A stretch of 64,000 bases of DNA, taken from Octopus sinensis (Eukaryota). The DNA lies in assembly GCF_006345805.1 (NCBI RefSeq), contig NC_043005.1, positions 63,550,001 to 63,614,000 of the forward strand, read 5' to 3'. Both the position numbers and the translations under genes were made by a program. The notes under the pieces were generated by a model, which was given only the letters and a program-made list of their open reading frames with translations, did not search any database and was not told where the DNA came from. Within the stretch, counting starts at the first letter, position 1. Each line of letters begins with the position of its first letter. Shown piece after piece: positions 1 to 12,858 of this stretch.

Positions 1-902
1 CATTCATAGTCTCGAAAATTGTAGTCACATAGCAATACACTTTCTCTCGTCATGTATTCAGTTATTCAGTTTCTTTTAAGACAAACATTGGAATAAAACA
101 GAATTGTATCATACTCTCCTCTTGTGTCTTTTGTTTCAATATTTCTATATTTGGAATAGATCAAATAAACTAGCTATATTCCACTGTTGCCTTTAGTAAT
201 ATGCCTAAAACTACATTTTTCGTACTTGAAAAGAAATAAGAATCTATAAAAACCTTCTTTTTAATAAAGCATAAAACTCATAAAGAGATGATCTTAGTAG
301 AATTCACTTTGATCTTGTAATGTAACTGGAGACGTAATATATTTGCATAATATGTTGATTTCCAAATATTTATAAATATTTATAAATGAATGAAATAATA
401 TATTCTAGTGTGAGGATATTTGATCTTGATTCTGTAAAAACCCACTACAACTCAATTTCTAGTTTCTTCGGTGCATTACCGCAATATCAAGCTTTATCAC
501 CTACAATTCTCGACTGCTATGTAAATGGTAGCAATATTCCAGGGACTTCAGACGTACCTATAGCTCTTTATAGTTAAGTGGAATCTGGCATTTAATGCAG
601 TGAAGTGGGAAGCGCAAAAAAAAAAAGTGTCAAAATTATTCCCGTAGGCGAAAGAAATGCTATTAGTGTTTTTGATGATTCTCGTCAGAAAAAGTAAGGC
701 GGACAACTCAGAAATCTAAATAAGAATTGAGCTTGCAGTGGAGAGGGAATTTTGTGTTTGGTACGTATAGCACCGGATATGTTTTGGTTTTAATGCATTC
801 ATTATGATATTAGTTCTCCTCATAATAGTGTACTTATTTTATATTGGTTTAAGACTATAAAGTAAATTCAAAGGAAAAAGGTTTTGAGTACGTAATTGTC
901 AC

Positions 903-1110
903 TGAAGGGGCGTAGTGGTTTTGCGTTAGGGCTAGCAATTGTTAGGACTTGAGTTCGACTCTCGTACCGAGCAAAGTGATGTGTTCTGGAGTAAGATACA
1001 TGATTTCAGGTCGTTCAATGAACACAGCTGGAAATGAGTGCCAGTGATAGCTGGGAGACTCAGGTTAACCTCACAACGGACAGTCTTGTTCAGGAGGGAG
1101 TCTTGTACTC
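903..1110 (+). mobile_element. Degraded tRNA-headed SINE (group C)
   Basis: Head GAAGGGGCGTAGTGG...GAGTTCGACTC (A/B-box-like), then tgtgttctggagtaagatacatgatttcaggtcgttcaat, similar to the bodies of the copies at 56549 and 60876. Confidence 0.5.
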
Positions 1111-1479
1111 TCATTTAAACACCACGCAAAATGAAATAAACCTTGGTCTAATGAGTTTATACCTCAAGACAGAATTTGTCTTTACATGAATAGACAAGAT
1201 TATATCCCATTGGTACAAACAACTCTAAAGAGTCAAATAAAGTTTGTTGAACTGTCCCAATATGTATCTAGTGGTCATTCTATCAACATAAGGAAGTTAT
1301 GTCCCCTCTAAAAGAGTGTTAATCCTGTATGTAGACCTAAGAGAGTAGCGATCAAATGTTTCTGCTAATCTACTTCCTTCTCCACGTAATATAACCCTTA
1401 TAAACATATTCAACCGGACTGGATGCGAATCATTTGGACGATCCTTCTCTCTAGTTATAAAATTCACACATGTATGTTG

Positions 1480-2060
1480 ATATGAAAATTAGGTGGCTGA
1501 TGATGAATTCTCTTTAATAGCTATCTTCTTGGTCTCCATCCTAGCGGCCTCCATGTTGCCACTGTGCACCAGTAAATAGGTCCCCGGAGAAAGTGTGTGC
1601 ACTGAACCTTTATCTAAGTTTTATCAGATTACAACAAGTTTCATCCTGTCAACAAACTGGGTGAAAAAAAAAAGAAAAGTGTTTTTACTGGTTTAGAATA
1701 TTGTCAGCATATCAGAGTAGACAAGCACCACCATTCTCTTCCTTCCAATCGAGTGATAACAGCCGCGGTACACATTCTGCACCCATTTTCCGATATTCAA
1801 AGCCTTCCATCATCTTCTGCAAAGTATTATGACAGACTCCAGTTGTGCAGCAAGCTCACAGTTTGAAACTCATGTGTCTGCGTGAATCAGTTCGTCCGAT
1901 AGCCAGTAATTCGTATCAGCGACCGCAATTGATGGCCTCCCACTACATGATTTGTTTTCAATGCTGGTTTCCCTTTATTACGTTTCTTCATCTTTCAATG
2001 CACCCCTCCTTCGTCAAAAACTCAATGATGATACTGTGATTCTGCTTGGAATTCCTTATT
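1480..2060 (-). mobile_element. Mariner (Tc1/mariner) transposase pseudogene fragment
   Basis: Manual minus-strand translation with stops and frameshifts: KQNHSIIIEFLTKEGC...ETSIENKSCSGRPSIAV...DELIHADT*VSNCELAAQL...GFEYRKMGAECVPRLLS. This fits the mariner HTH region (D-x-PRSGRP) and the WVPxxL linker; weaker LLVHSGN and HQPPN traces follow. Confidence 0.7.
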
Positions 2061-2420
2061 TGCCTACAGCGAAGAAGTTCAGGGAAATAGGTATTATAGA
2101 GGAAGAGTTTCTTTACAAATGTACAACTGGAATGATCCATCCCTGTTAATAAAAATATCACATCCTCTCTTGTCTTACTTTCAGCACAACCCTCAAGTAA
2201 TACACTAAGATTATACAGATGTGTATAAACTTTTCAGTTCATTACTAGTAATTTCTAAGTAAATACATTTTTTAATTACAAATATTCAAACTCTACATGA
2301 ATTTTAAATATTGCTTTGGTTCATTGATGCATGAGAATGATATATGTGTGTGTGCATTTCTGAATACATTTACGTATTTCCAGCAAGAGAGAGAGCAGTC
2401 GCCATACCTCATTCCATAGC

Positions 2421-2510
2421 AGCTAACCCTGAAGAATGCAGGGTTACGTAATAGAGCTGCTACCTAACACTCCGTTAAAGCCCCCGCGCGAAACCGATCG
2501 GTAAGATCGG

Positions 2511-2512
<2 letters not shown>
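2421..2512 (+). ncRNA. Hammerhead-ribozyme-like motif (type I, PLE-type), probably decayed
   Basis: CTGAAGA (2429-2435), stem II TGCAGGG/CCCCGCG, GAAA (2490-2493), palindromic stem III ACC-GATC-GGT, cleavage triplet GTA (2501-2503); imperfect stem I; abuts (TA)n. Confidence 0.55.
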
Positions 2513-2561
<49 letters not shown>

Positions 2562-4740
2562 GTTGATTGACCCAACTTAGTAGAGGACCGAACAGTGTCT
2601 TCTCTCAACAAAGTGAAAGTAAAAACGATTCAAGTAGATTAACTGCACGGGTGCACGCACACGCATACACACACACACACACACACACACATACGCACAC
2701 ATGCACACACACAAACACAGACACATGCATCAAAGCATTTATGTTTACAACTAACGTACAGCAGTGAAACGTATCTGCCAATTAAACCTACATTGCAGCT
2801 CGCTGCCTTCCAATCTTTGTTAATGTTAAATGGAATAATGTAGTGTATTCTTCGCCCGATAATTTAATGCTTTCATCGCTTTGTTATCTACGTCTCCTGA
2901 TGTTTTCTATTATGAAAGTCTATAGAGACCATAAGATAACAAGATGATGCGAGCAGTAGATTAAATAGCATGCAATATTTAGTTATATTTCTTCACAATC
3001 TGTTTTCAAATAGTACCGGAATCAGCCTTTGTTTACGTAAGAGTTTATTGAATATAACAGGTCCAAGATCGATTTTCCGGAACCTTTTGTTCCAAAGCCT
3101 TTACTGATTTCAGAATTTTTCAGAAGTTGAGGTGGTTACCTCTAATTTAAACAAATGACAAATTTACTGAAATAAACGAAATACAGATATGTGTATAAGG
3201 TATTGGTGTATTCAAAGGCCTCCTCACTGTTGACTGTTCACGTCATCTATTAAAACCTTTCGCACTACCTCATCTTCTCATCATCTTTTAATTTTTTAAT
3301 TTTTTTAATGATCATTTTGTCATTTTTCTACATTTTCCATTGTTTTTTCTTCATTGTTCAATTGTTATCTTTCGTTTTTAGCTTTTGGGTTCCCCACCGC
3401 TAACTGCTAACTCCTCAGGTATCACTTCCTTCTACTTGTCCGATTCCTTCAGACTTAGCTTTACTTCTCTAAGCATAGCACCACACCCTCTCACCATCCT
3501 ACTACGGCATTACCCTGTTATTTCTCCGTACTAGACAGATATCTCTGCATTTGTATAAATTATACAAGTTTATTGTGCATGTTGCTGTGAAACAGGACCG
3601 CTTAGTAAAATAGTTTGACAGCCGTATGAATTTGAAGTTTCTACTCGTAAATTAATGCGGAAGACAAGAAATTCAAGGCCGTCAGCGTCCGAAAAGTCGG
3701 TGTTGTACCAGTACCACGAAGACTGTACTGTAACCGTTTCCTACAAATTGTTAGGTTTGAGCCAATATGAAAAATCATTATAATTTTGAAGAGGAATAAA
3801 TATAGTTTTATCTTGTGTCTAGGAGGAGGTTATTTTGATAATAAATGTTTAAATAAACACACGTGCTGATTCAATACCACTTCTTTATTTTACCAACAAA
3901 CTATCAAATGTTTTTTTTTCAATGTGTTGATTGAACAATCAATCAGTTATTAGTTTTCTCTGTCAGAGAAATTTGCGAACCAAATAAAAAAAATGAAGTA
4001 TAGTTTTATCATTGTACCGAATTTAGAATAAAAATATGAACTAAATATGGATTATTTCCTAGTTCATAGATTTTGGATTGAAAATATATAATGGAAATTT
4101 TAAATAATTCTACATTTATCTCTAATTTTACTTTAAAAAATATACCCTGATAAAAACCAGTCTTACATTATATTTTCATACACAGTACAACAAAAAAAAA
4201 GAACAATAGATTTTTATGTGCAATTTTTTCTCGTTCAGACAACGTGATATTTGCCTGAAGCACTCAACACTAACTCAATTTTTGAATACATACTGTAAAT
4301 GCAAGGATTTTGATAAAGGCAGTGTTTTTGTTTTGTCGTTGTTGTTCTCCGAACTATTTATATGTTTGAAAGATGACAACACATCTTCAGCAAGAATAAC
4401 AAGGATAACAACAAATCGAAACCTATATATTTAGCAAATGTGATATTATACATCATGCAAAGTAGAATGCGTTCGTGAAGTATATGGCTTCAAAATGTTT
4501 TCCCATACATTTAGATGTACTACTGGTGAATGAAGCAATATAGAGCGCTGTTCTATGAATCACTTTTCATTCAGTGAGTTAAAGTTAGTTTTATTATTAG
4601 AGATTTTTCTGGCTCTAAATTATAAAAAGTGCACTGCTATGTACTGTAAAAGATGCTTAACAGAACGTTGTGTGATTTAATGCTTTTCCAGCTTCCAGGA
4701 GAAGCGTGACTGAAGGTAAACTAGATAAGTCTTTATAATA

Positions 4741-5045
4741 TAGGCTGTATGGTTGAGAAGCCAACTTTGTAATCTTATGGCCTCGGGTTCAGTCTCACTG
4801 TGCCTCACCTTGGATAAGGTTCTTTTCGACTATAATCCCGGACTGAAAATTTGATAGATGGAGTTGTGTGGAAGCCTGTCATATTTGTGTGTGTGTGTAT
4901 GTGTGCGTGTGTTCGTGTGTGTGTGTGTGTTTCATTGGTTTGTTAACGCCTCCAAAACCTAGCGGTGAGACAAAACAAATCAATAGAATTAGTCCTAGAC
5001 ATAAAAAAATTGCTGTAGGCAAAACTACTAAAAGACTGTTTCGCA
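4741..5045 (+). mobile_element. Degraded SINE (group B, internal microsatellite)
   Basis: Head ggctgtatggttgagaagc...gggttcagtctcactg, internal (TG)n, body acctagcggtgagacaaaac...atagaattagtcctag; colinear with 49329-49780. Confidence 0.6.
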
Positions 5046-5294
5046 TATAAATACAGAATAGGGTCATTAGAAATAACTACCAGTAATATATTTGTTTTCA
5101 TTTAATTAACTTACAAATTACAGGCCTATAAATGCCTTCCGTCTGCTTTTGAGATAAATAAAATGAAAAAAAAATGGCAATAAAAATGTATACTTCTCAA
5201 ATATTTTAAAGTAAGTATGGAGAAAATTAAATTTAACAAGCAGAACATTAGAATTTAATTTTGAAATACATTTCTTGAGAATCGAATACAATAC

Positions 5295-5590
5295 AATATA
5301 GAAGTGGAGTAAATAGTTTCGTCGAAACAAGTACCCAAGGGTGTGGTTACCTGGTTTCTATGGCGGAGAAGAGATCGAGACCACAGCATTTCTCCTGAAC
5401 GAGACGCCGGCCCGTTGCAGGGTTCCATGCCAGCAATTCTGTGGAGCAAAGATAAATCTCCGTTAATTAACTGGCATCTTAACTTACTGAGCCTGAAGGG
5501 ATGAAAGACAAAGTTAACTGTTGCGGGATTTGAACTCAGAACATATAGAGCCGGAAAAAAATGTTGCTAAGCATTCTATCCCTTTGCAAT
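5295..5590 (-). mobile_element. Composite SINE: group A head/core joined to a group C-type 3' module
   Basis: Minus strand: ttctgagttcaaatcccgc...ctttcatcccttcagg (A core), then ccctgcaacgggccggcgtctcgttcagg...cgccatagaaaccagg, matching 21541-21670. Confidence 0.55.
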
Positions 5591-5789
5591 AAAATACAAA
5601 ACAAATAAAATATTTTACGCCAACATATTTCCTTCAAAAGAAGACATTTTTCGCTAAAATAAAGAAGCAATACTTTAATAAATGAATAAGCAATTTCAAA
5701 ATATAACTTCTGTCTTTTTTCTTTTGCATATCGTCTTACATGGTTTTAGGACTTCTCACATAGGCCAATGTATCAAATAATCTCAATTC

Positions 5790-6170
5790 TAGAAAGGATT
5801 TCGATTGTAGTATTTCTCCTCCAATTTCTACTAGTGAAACCTGCTCAGCTGGCACATAAATATAATGGGTTCAATGCTTGCAGTTCACTTCAGAAAGTAC
5901 CTGAAACATGCAAAACTGGCGTACGCTTCATTAGTACGCAGTTCCAAGCTCATATGATCAGTGTGCTAACAAAAGTTCTATCCACCAATATCAGTTCATC
6001 GTCAGACAGGTACTTCTTTATTGTTCCCTTAGGTTCAAATTTTGTTTGCAATCAAATTGTGAAAGTCTTGCAGTGTAGTCCTTATATTTTATATGATATT
6101 TATACACCCTAAAGAAGACTGTTTTCCGAACGGTTTAGCATTTTTCAAATATCAGCACTCGAAGCGTTGC
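5790..6170 (-). mobile_element. Possible highly decayed hAT transposase fragment
   Basis: Minus-strand GLHCKTFTI*LQTKFEPKGTIKKYLSDDELILVD loosely resembles the hAT LDCKTRW...K-x-x-I-x-KAL...SD-x-E segment; many stops; weak. Confidence 0.3.
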
Positions 6171-7060
6171 TCTTTCATTTGATGCTAGGGATTTTATGAA
6201 AATATTTGTAATTAAATGCAACGAGTTCCTTCCCTTGGTCGGTTTCAAATGTTTCGTTTCCAAAATTGTTTTATTTTACAATTCACTTCATTACTTTTAA
6301 AACACAGACACTAATTTACGCAAATAGAGACGTGACGAAGCATGCAACTCATTTCAAACTGGGATTTACGAATGGAAATATAAAATGAAATTCTATCTTC
6401 TTGACTTCCATTATGACCGAAGAGCATAGATGTTCTGTAGTATGAACCAACAAAATACTATTCAATTTTATGATACTACTACTGCTTACATGATTTTGCC
6501 CTTTCAGGCAACATCAGGTAGTAACAAATAGCATTAGAATTAAGTGTCTTGCTTATAAACTCACTACTGTAGTGTAAAATAAGAATGTCCCCAGAAAAGC
6601 TTTAAAGTGGCATGTTTATTGAGTTAACAGAATGTGGGATAATTCTCCACTTGTATAAGATTTTTGCTTGTCATAGTTTATCTTCTCAGCTGATACCATA
6701 CCGCTGAGTGAACTGGGGATAATGGAGTATGTTGTATACTACTAAGAAATCTAAGTCCTCTTGAAGTAGAGTGGATTTTAAAATTCTATCAACAAGTATT
6801 TTAATAAAGAATTCACTCAGCTATAAGCATTCTAGTCGTAATCTGCATGCGAGTATTTGGTTGACTTTTAAGTAGCCTATCACCTTATCCTTTTACAGAA
6901 TCACTATCATTCGAAAATATTTTCATATAAAGTCTTCACCATGAAAGCTACTTCTTCCGTCCAAGCTCAACAACAATTCACATTTTTGAAATGCTCTCTT
7001 TTGCAGCATTAATATTCAAAATGATGAGCTTTAAGCGTAACACATTAAGAGATTTAGACT

Positions 7061-7243
7061 TACTGTATTTTCCGGCTCTTCAAACCAAAAACTTACAACC
7101 AAAAATGGTGGATAAACTTATACACTAAGACGTCTTTAAAGGACCAAAAGATCCCATGTGATATGCAACGGGATTTTGAAAGATTGTGACGATGTTTGAA
7201 TATTTACGCTATATGTTTATATTGCGTACTGGAAAATATAGTA
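7061..7243. mobile_element. Small non-autonomous DNA transposon (MITE, Tc1/pogo-like TIR)
   Basis: Terminal inverted repeats TACTGTATTTTCCGG / CTGGAAAATATAGTA (13/15 match) with TA at both ends. Confidence 0.6.
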
Positions 7244-7875
7244 TATGTTATAATTTCTACCAAATTGCTATCAGTAAAACTTATTGTTTTAAAAGGGTGA
7301 AATATGCTAGAAGTACTCTTGGGTTACAGACAAAGGAAGCGTAGTATAAGAATATCAGTTTGTCAGTCTCCAGACAGAAAACTTGTTCGGGAGGTTTACA
7401 ATAGAGAAAACTTTACTTAAGGCAGTAAAAAAGAAAACAAAATCTCCTTTAAACGGTTGATTTATTAGCTTCCCAAACATTGTCATCTATACTGGATTTA
7501 ATCAACCCAAATATATTACTAGTACTTATTAATTAAGCACAAGATGAAGAGAAACTAAAATATTAGGAGTATATTCTTACAAAAATATAAAAAGTAGAAA
7601 CTACAGTTAAGTAACAGACTCATTACCATTCCGGCCCTTCCACGCCATTCCAAGTATATAAGTATTGTAAGTATATAAATAAGCTCATATTTTATTAAAG
7701 TTTTGTGGTGCCACACCCCACCCCAAAAAACTTACAATGAACGTGAATATTGGTTATATTTTCAAAAAAGAAATAGCATAAAAAACATTTGCATAATGGA
7801 AACATTTATTGTCTGAGATTATGAATAAAAGATGAAAGCACACCTTAAAATCTTCATTTGATTGATGAGCCTGAA

Positions 7876-7911
7876 ATATGCTAAGAGATTCTATAGAATC
7901 ACTTAACATAT
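7876..7911. repeat. 36-bp near-perfect palindrome upstream of (TA)n
   Basis: ATATGCTAAGAGATTCTA|TAGAATCACTTAACATAT, 16/18 pairs, no loop. Confidence 0.8.
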
Positions 7912-7975
7912 GGAATATACTTTTGTTTTATATTTATATATATAAATACTGATCACAAGACTCTTATCTGTTAGT

Positions 7976-8040
<65 letters not shown>

Positions 8041-9268
8041 GTGTATGTATATATGTATATGATGCAATTTTTGTGATTGTGCAATAGATTTATAGCTCTC
8101 TAGGTTGATAATATATCTTAAGACTGCTGCATAATACATTACGTTATGGTCGGCTCATATTTCTGATATCTTCTGACACTTTTCCCATTCCTAGCCTCTT
8201 TATACAGCGACAGGTACACAAACACACACACACACACACACACGCACACACATGTCTTGACTTGCCTCCTTTAATTTCTTGATAAAGTCGAAGGGGTGCT
8301 GTCATGATACACGTCGCATTATTTTGGCATTGATTTTAGTTCTAGTGGAAGCTCATGTCACAGTTCTGGCTACAGCTGTCTTTTGTTTTCTGATGTGAGC
8401 TAGATAGTCTTCTAGAAATATATATATATATATATATATATACATACATGTCTTCCATGACTATAAGATTCATATTCTTATAAGAATCATCAGATGAGTA
8501 ACCATGTCGATGCTTGCGCGAACAATGAAATGTGAAACGATAATATAAAATTTTCGATTGTTCCTAGGCATAAAAAAAAAATGTTTGTAAGGGAGCGTAA
8601 CGCATCACTTATAATTTTTCTTTTGTAGATGAGTTTTCTGCACGTGGTAAACTAGAAAACTGCTACCTTTTATTCATCTAGTTGTATCATTTTTGAATTT
8701 TTATTTTATCGTTAGTGATTCCTTAGAAACTGTCATTTTGTTGTTTAGATCAGATGAATCCTAATCGTGACCATCTTGCCTTTTCGTGTATTTATAAATC
8801 AACACTATCTAAGGCGAAAGAGTGTGATTTAAGGAAGATTCGGATATATTTCTAACCGGTCTAGAAATAATAACGTTTGGCTGGGTTAGATAGGAGATAT
8901 TTTCTGAATGCATTTCTGCTTCATATTCCATAAAAATGATTAATGATTTTTTGAGACAACAGTTAAAAGAAGATCGTCTGCTATTAAAATTTGTGATAAA
9001 ATAAATTGATAAATGCTATTGTTAGGAATATAGCTGAAATAAATCAAAGATCTCAGGTTTCAATAGTACACAAAAGTTAATAGTAATTTTTCACGAATAG
9101 AATCTTCTATTGTGAAAAGATGACACGCATGATTGTATGTGTGGTATCTTTTGCCTTAGTTTCGGGTCGACTCAAGTCTTGTGAGTGAAACTGCGTAGAC
9201 GGAAACGTTGAGGAAGCCTGTTGGATGGATTGTATCTCTATTAAAAGAAACTTATCACACATTGTGTT

Positions 9269-9988
9269 AATATCTATGCCTTCATAAACGTGGATGTTCT
9301 ATTGGAACAAACTATACTCCGGTGGTTACCATGAAACTCTCATACTAGTTATTTTTGGTGCAAAATGTACTCCTTATATCACTAGCGGGGAGATAAATCC
9401 TCGCTACCTCCAGCACCGAGACACCAGATCAAGTGATTTCGACCTTCCTCCGGTCTTGTCAATGATAGACGCTCGATCGCTAGAAATAGCAGCGATTCAT
9501 CTCCCCGCCTGCGATATATAGAATAATAGTGCCAAGCCAGGCGCTGGTGTCGAGATTAGCCAGTATGCTTGTTAAAACATATTTATTAGCAACAGCGTAC
9601 CGAGAGGGAAAATTTGTGCCCACTTAAACGTGGATGTTCTGTTAGAACAAACTATACTGTAGTAATTACCATGAGAGAATCTCTCATACTGGCTTTTTGA
9701 TGTAAAATGTATTCTTGCATATATCGATAGCGAGGAGATATATCCCCGCTAGCTCCAGCGCCGAGATCACCCGATCAAGTGATTTCGACCTTCCTTGGCC
9801 TTATCAATGATGGACACTCGGTCGCTAGAGGCAGCAGCGGTTTGTCTCCCCGACAGCGATATGTAGACTGATAGTGCCAGAACAGGCACATTTTGCTCCA
9901 AAAATCCAATATGGATCTTTTTTCGTGGTAACCACTGCAGTATTGTTTGTTCTGATAGGAGATCCACGTTTACGTGGGCATAGATATT
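9269..9988. mobile_element. TIR element (MITE) with internal duplication of its left part
   Basis: Left end AATATCTATGCC..TAAACGTGGATGTTCT..GAACAAACTATACT is inverted against right end AGTATTGTTTGTTC..ATCCACGTTTACGTGGGCATAGATATT; 9286-9540 is repeated directly at about 9626-9885. Confidence 0.75.
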
Positions 9989-10443
9989 GTCTTACGATAT
10001 TAATAGGTTTCTGTCGCCAAAATATATATATCTTGTCACATTGTTGCCCATTAATACTTGCATGTGAATTACGTAAACGCTCGCTTGTCTATAGAGTAGT
10101 TAGTTACCTTACCTTCTAAATTAATATGTAAGGAGTTCATTCAATTTTCAATTAATCGTTCGACTGAAATATTCTCATCATGGATTAGTAACGCGGAAGT
10201 AGATCTTCGACAGCTATTCTTGCTCATGGCTAAATATCATCAACAATTAGTGTTGCCGTTCACTGAAAGTGCATTTAGTTTCTCACAGTGAGAGAGATGA
10301 ATACAATTATGGAAATATGAGTGAAAAGGAGAACCTAAAGACATGGACATATTAAATATTAACATTAATTTACGAATGCACTAACTATACATTTATTAAA
10401 ACATTTCATACTGTGTTATTACAGCAAGCACCCTCAAAGTGTG

Positions 10444-10510
<67 letters not shown>

Positions 10511-10512
<2 letters not shown>

Positions 10513-10717
10513 CGGAGATGTACTTGCATAGCAAGTGATTTGATCTGAGATCGTGTGCTGAAACGAAAACAATTGCAGCGTGGAAGGTGTTTGTAAGCCA
10601 TTTAAGAAACACACAAAAGCCGTTCGATTCACTTCAAAATTTTAACTTTAATTTCTCAAAATATTTTCGTCGCTTTAAGACCGCGAGCTGTTCACAGACA
10701 CAAATCCGTGCTGCATC

Positions 10718-10720
<3 letters not shown>
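10511..10720 (-). mobile_element. Short insert between (TA)n tracts, probable PLE terminus
   Basis: Flanked by (TA)n on both sides; minus strand has TCGC-loop-GCGA-CGAAA followed by palindromic AATATT, a hammerhead-like layout with a non-canonical core. Confidence 0.35.
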
Positions 10721-10751
<31 letters not shown>

Positions 10752-11029
10752 TGTATGTATGTATATATATGTGTGTGTGTGTGTGTGTATAAAAATTATG
10801 AGTTAGAGTTTATGCAACCGTCTGAGAGACAAATGTATCCGTAGGCACTACTGGTGTATTACCTTCCTATGTATAGGCCGTGCTATAAAGTTAACAGTAG
10901 TTGGTAATTTAAAGGTAAAACCGTGGTTTAATATGGTCGGATAAGAAAAAAAAATGGGACGACTATGATCATCTAATACCAATGATTGATAACTCCTGTG
11001 CGACTCTTTCTTATTTCTTTCTTTCTTTC

Positions 11030-11290
11030 TCTCTTCTATTCTATCCTTTTACTTTTTCGTTTTCTCCTTTCTCTTATTCTTCTACCTCCTCTTCTCCCAC
11101 TATTCTATCCTTTTATTCTGTCGTTTTCTCTCTTCTATTCTCTTACCTCTTCCACTATTCTATTCTTTTGCTCTTTCGTTTTCTCCTTACCTTTCTCTTG
11201 TTCTTTTGCCTCCTCTTCTCCCACTATTCTATCCTTCTACACTTTCGTTTTCTATCTTCCTTTCTTTTGCCTCCCCTTCTCCCTCTGTCT
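11030..11290 (+). repeat. Pyrimidine-rich degenerate tandem repeat (about 55-70 bp units x4)
   Basis: Unit starts TATTCTATCCTTTT...TCGTTTTCT recur at about 11037, 11101, 11156 and 11225. Confidence 0.7.
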
Positions 11291-11559
11291 TTTTTCTCTC
11301 TTATCCATGCTCCAAATCTTTTCCTCTCCCCTTCACAGTTCTCTATCCGTCACTCTCTCTCCCTCCTCTTCCTCCTTTGCTCACGTGACCCCACGTGACC
11401 ACCGGCTATTCTCGTAACTTGTGTTTCTTTCCTTCTTCTTGTTTCAGCTCGACAGGGAAGACATTGTTCTCTGTCTCTTGTCCAGGTTTGCTTTTTCGCG
11501 TTCGCCACCACAACATCGTTTAGGTTTAGCAGCCCTTCCTGTTTGTTTTCACTCTCCTG

Positions 11560-11845
11560 TTTGTGTCACCATCTTGACCCTCCGCAAGATCACAAATTTT
11601 ATTTTAATTTGCTTTTGGGGAGTAACAGCTTTATCGAAGGCGTATCTTGTCGTGAATTGCTCGAAATACGGACTAGAAGAAACAGTCGACAACTGATGAA
11701 GGGTCGTTCCTTGTGTTGTTTGTCTTCTTTTCCATTTGTTTCGATTGTTGCTTACAAAAAAACCTTATTCCATATCCTCGTACTTCGTATTATTTGTTGT
11801 TTATGTTTTGTGACGTTCTGTGCCCATACATGCATAGGTATATAC
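11560..11845 (+). mobile_element. Dispersed repeat ending at (TA)n, probable PLE terminal region; second copy at 57745-58090 (-)
   Basis: Shares ccgcaa..gatc.caaattttatt.taatttgctttt, tatcgaag, tcgaaa, ctga.gaaggg, ttccttgtgtt.tttgtc and ctgt.cccata.atgcat with the reverse complement of 57745-58090. Confidence 0.6.
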
Positions 11846-11859
11846 GTAGACATGTAAGT

Positions 11860-11871
11860 ATGTACGTATAT

Positions 11872-11939
<68 letters not shown>

Positions 11940-12245
11940 TATATATGCATATATATATATATGTATATATGTATATTATATGCATATATATGTATATATG
12001 TATATTTATATGCATATATGCATATATATATGTATGTATATATGCATATATATATATATTATTTATATTATTATATGCATATATATGTATATATGTATAT
12101 TTATATGCATATATGCATATATATATGTATGTATATATGCATATATACATATACATGTATGCAGATATGTATATATGCATAAATATATATATGCATGTAT
12201 GTATATATATATGTGTGTATATGCATATATATATATGTGTGTGTG

Positions 12246-12288
<43 letters not shown>

Positions 12289-12340
12289 ATGTATATACAT
12301 ATGCGTACACATACACACATACACACCCATATATATAGAT
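11860..12340. repeat. Complex (TA)n/(TATG)n/(TGCA) microsatellite
   Basis: Direct inspection; source of several spurious YI-rich ORFs. Confidence 0.95.
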
Positions 12341-12858
12341 TATCGATGCGTGAATATATAAATGTTTTGCATTGCATGTTTATGTGTAATATGTACTAAA
12401 TAGGCGTTTCAACTTGATGTGTATGTTTCTAACCATCATTTTATATCGTTTTTAAGGTCTTGTTGGATGATTTCATGGATCAGAACATGACCATTATAAT
12501 CCGATTCAGTTCCAGAAGGATAGTATAGTAGAATGTTATGAGTTTATAATCGTTTGATGTTTATGTTGCTTTTCATTTCTAAAGTATTGGTAAGGTTATC
12601 AGTAATATGCGGAGATCGATTGACATAATGGTAACCCCTCTTTAAAACTTAGCCTTGACAAACTAATATTTTTATAATTCTTGTAGTTACTACTTTATAT
12701 TTCATGAATACTTCTAATATAAATATTCGAATAGCTTATACATAATTGCTTTGCAACGGCACCATAATATCAGGTAAAGTACGATGTAATAGACTGACGT
12801 TTTATGGGAAATTAATGCTATAGATCCCAAAGGATTCCTAAGAATAATTGAAGATATT

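Noticed and set aside
5768-6112. 114-aa plus-strand ORF
   Set aside because: No recognisable motif; more likely the antisense of a decayed transposase
10982-11417. Hydrophobic F/L/S-rich ORFs resembling membrane proteins
   Set aside because: Product of a CT-rich tandem repeat; open in several frames
11679-11715. GAAACAGTC...CTGATGAAGGG as a permuted hammerhead
   Set aside because: Only about 5 nt separate the putative cleavage site from the core, so stem I cannot form, and no GAAA follows stem II
12440-12595. Possible exon bounded by tttttaag| and |gtaagg (similar isolated donors at about 20745 and 52854)
   Set aside because: Stops in all three frames and no partner exons; such motifs occur by chance in AT-rich DNA
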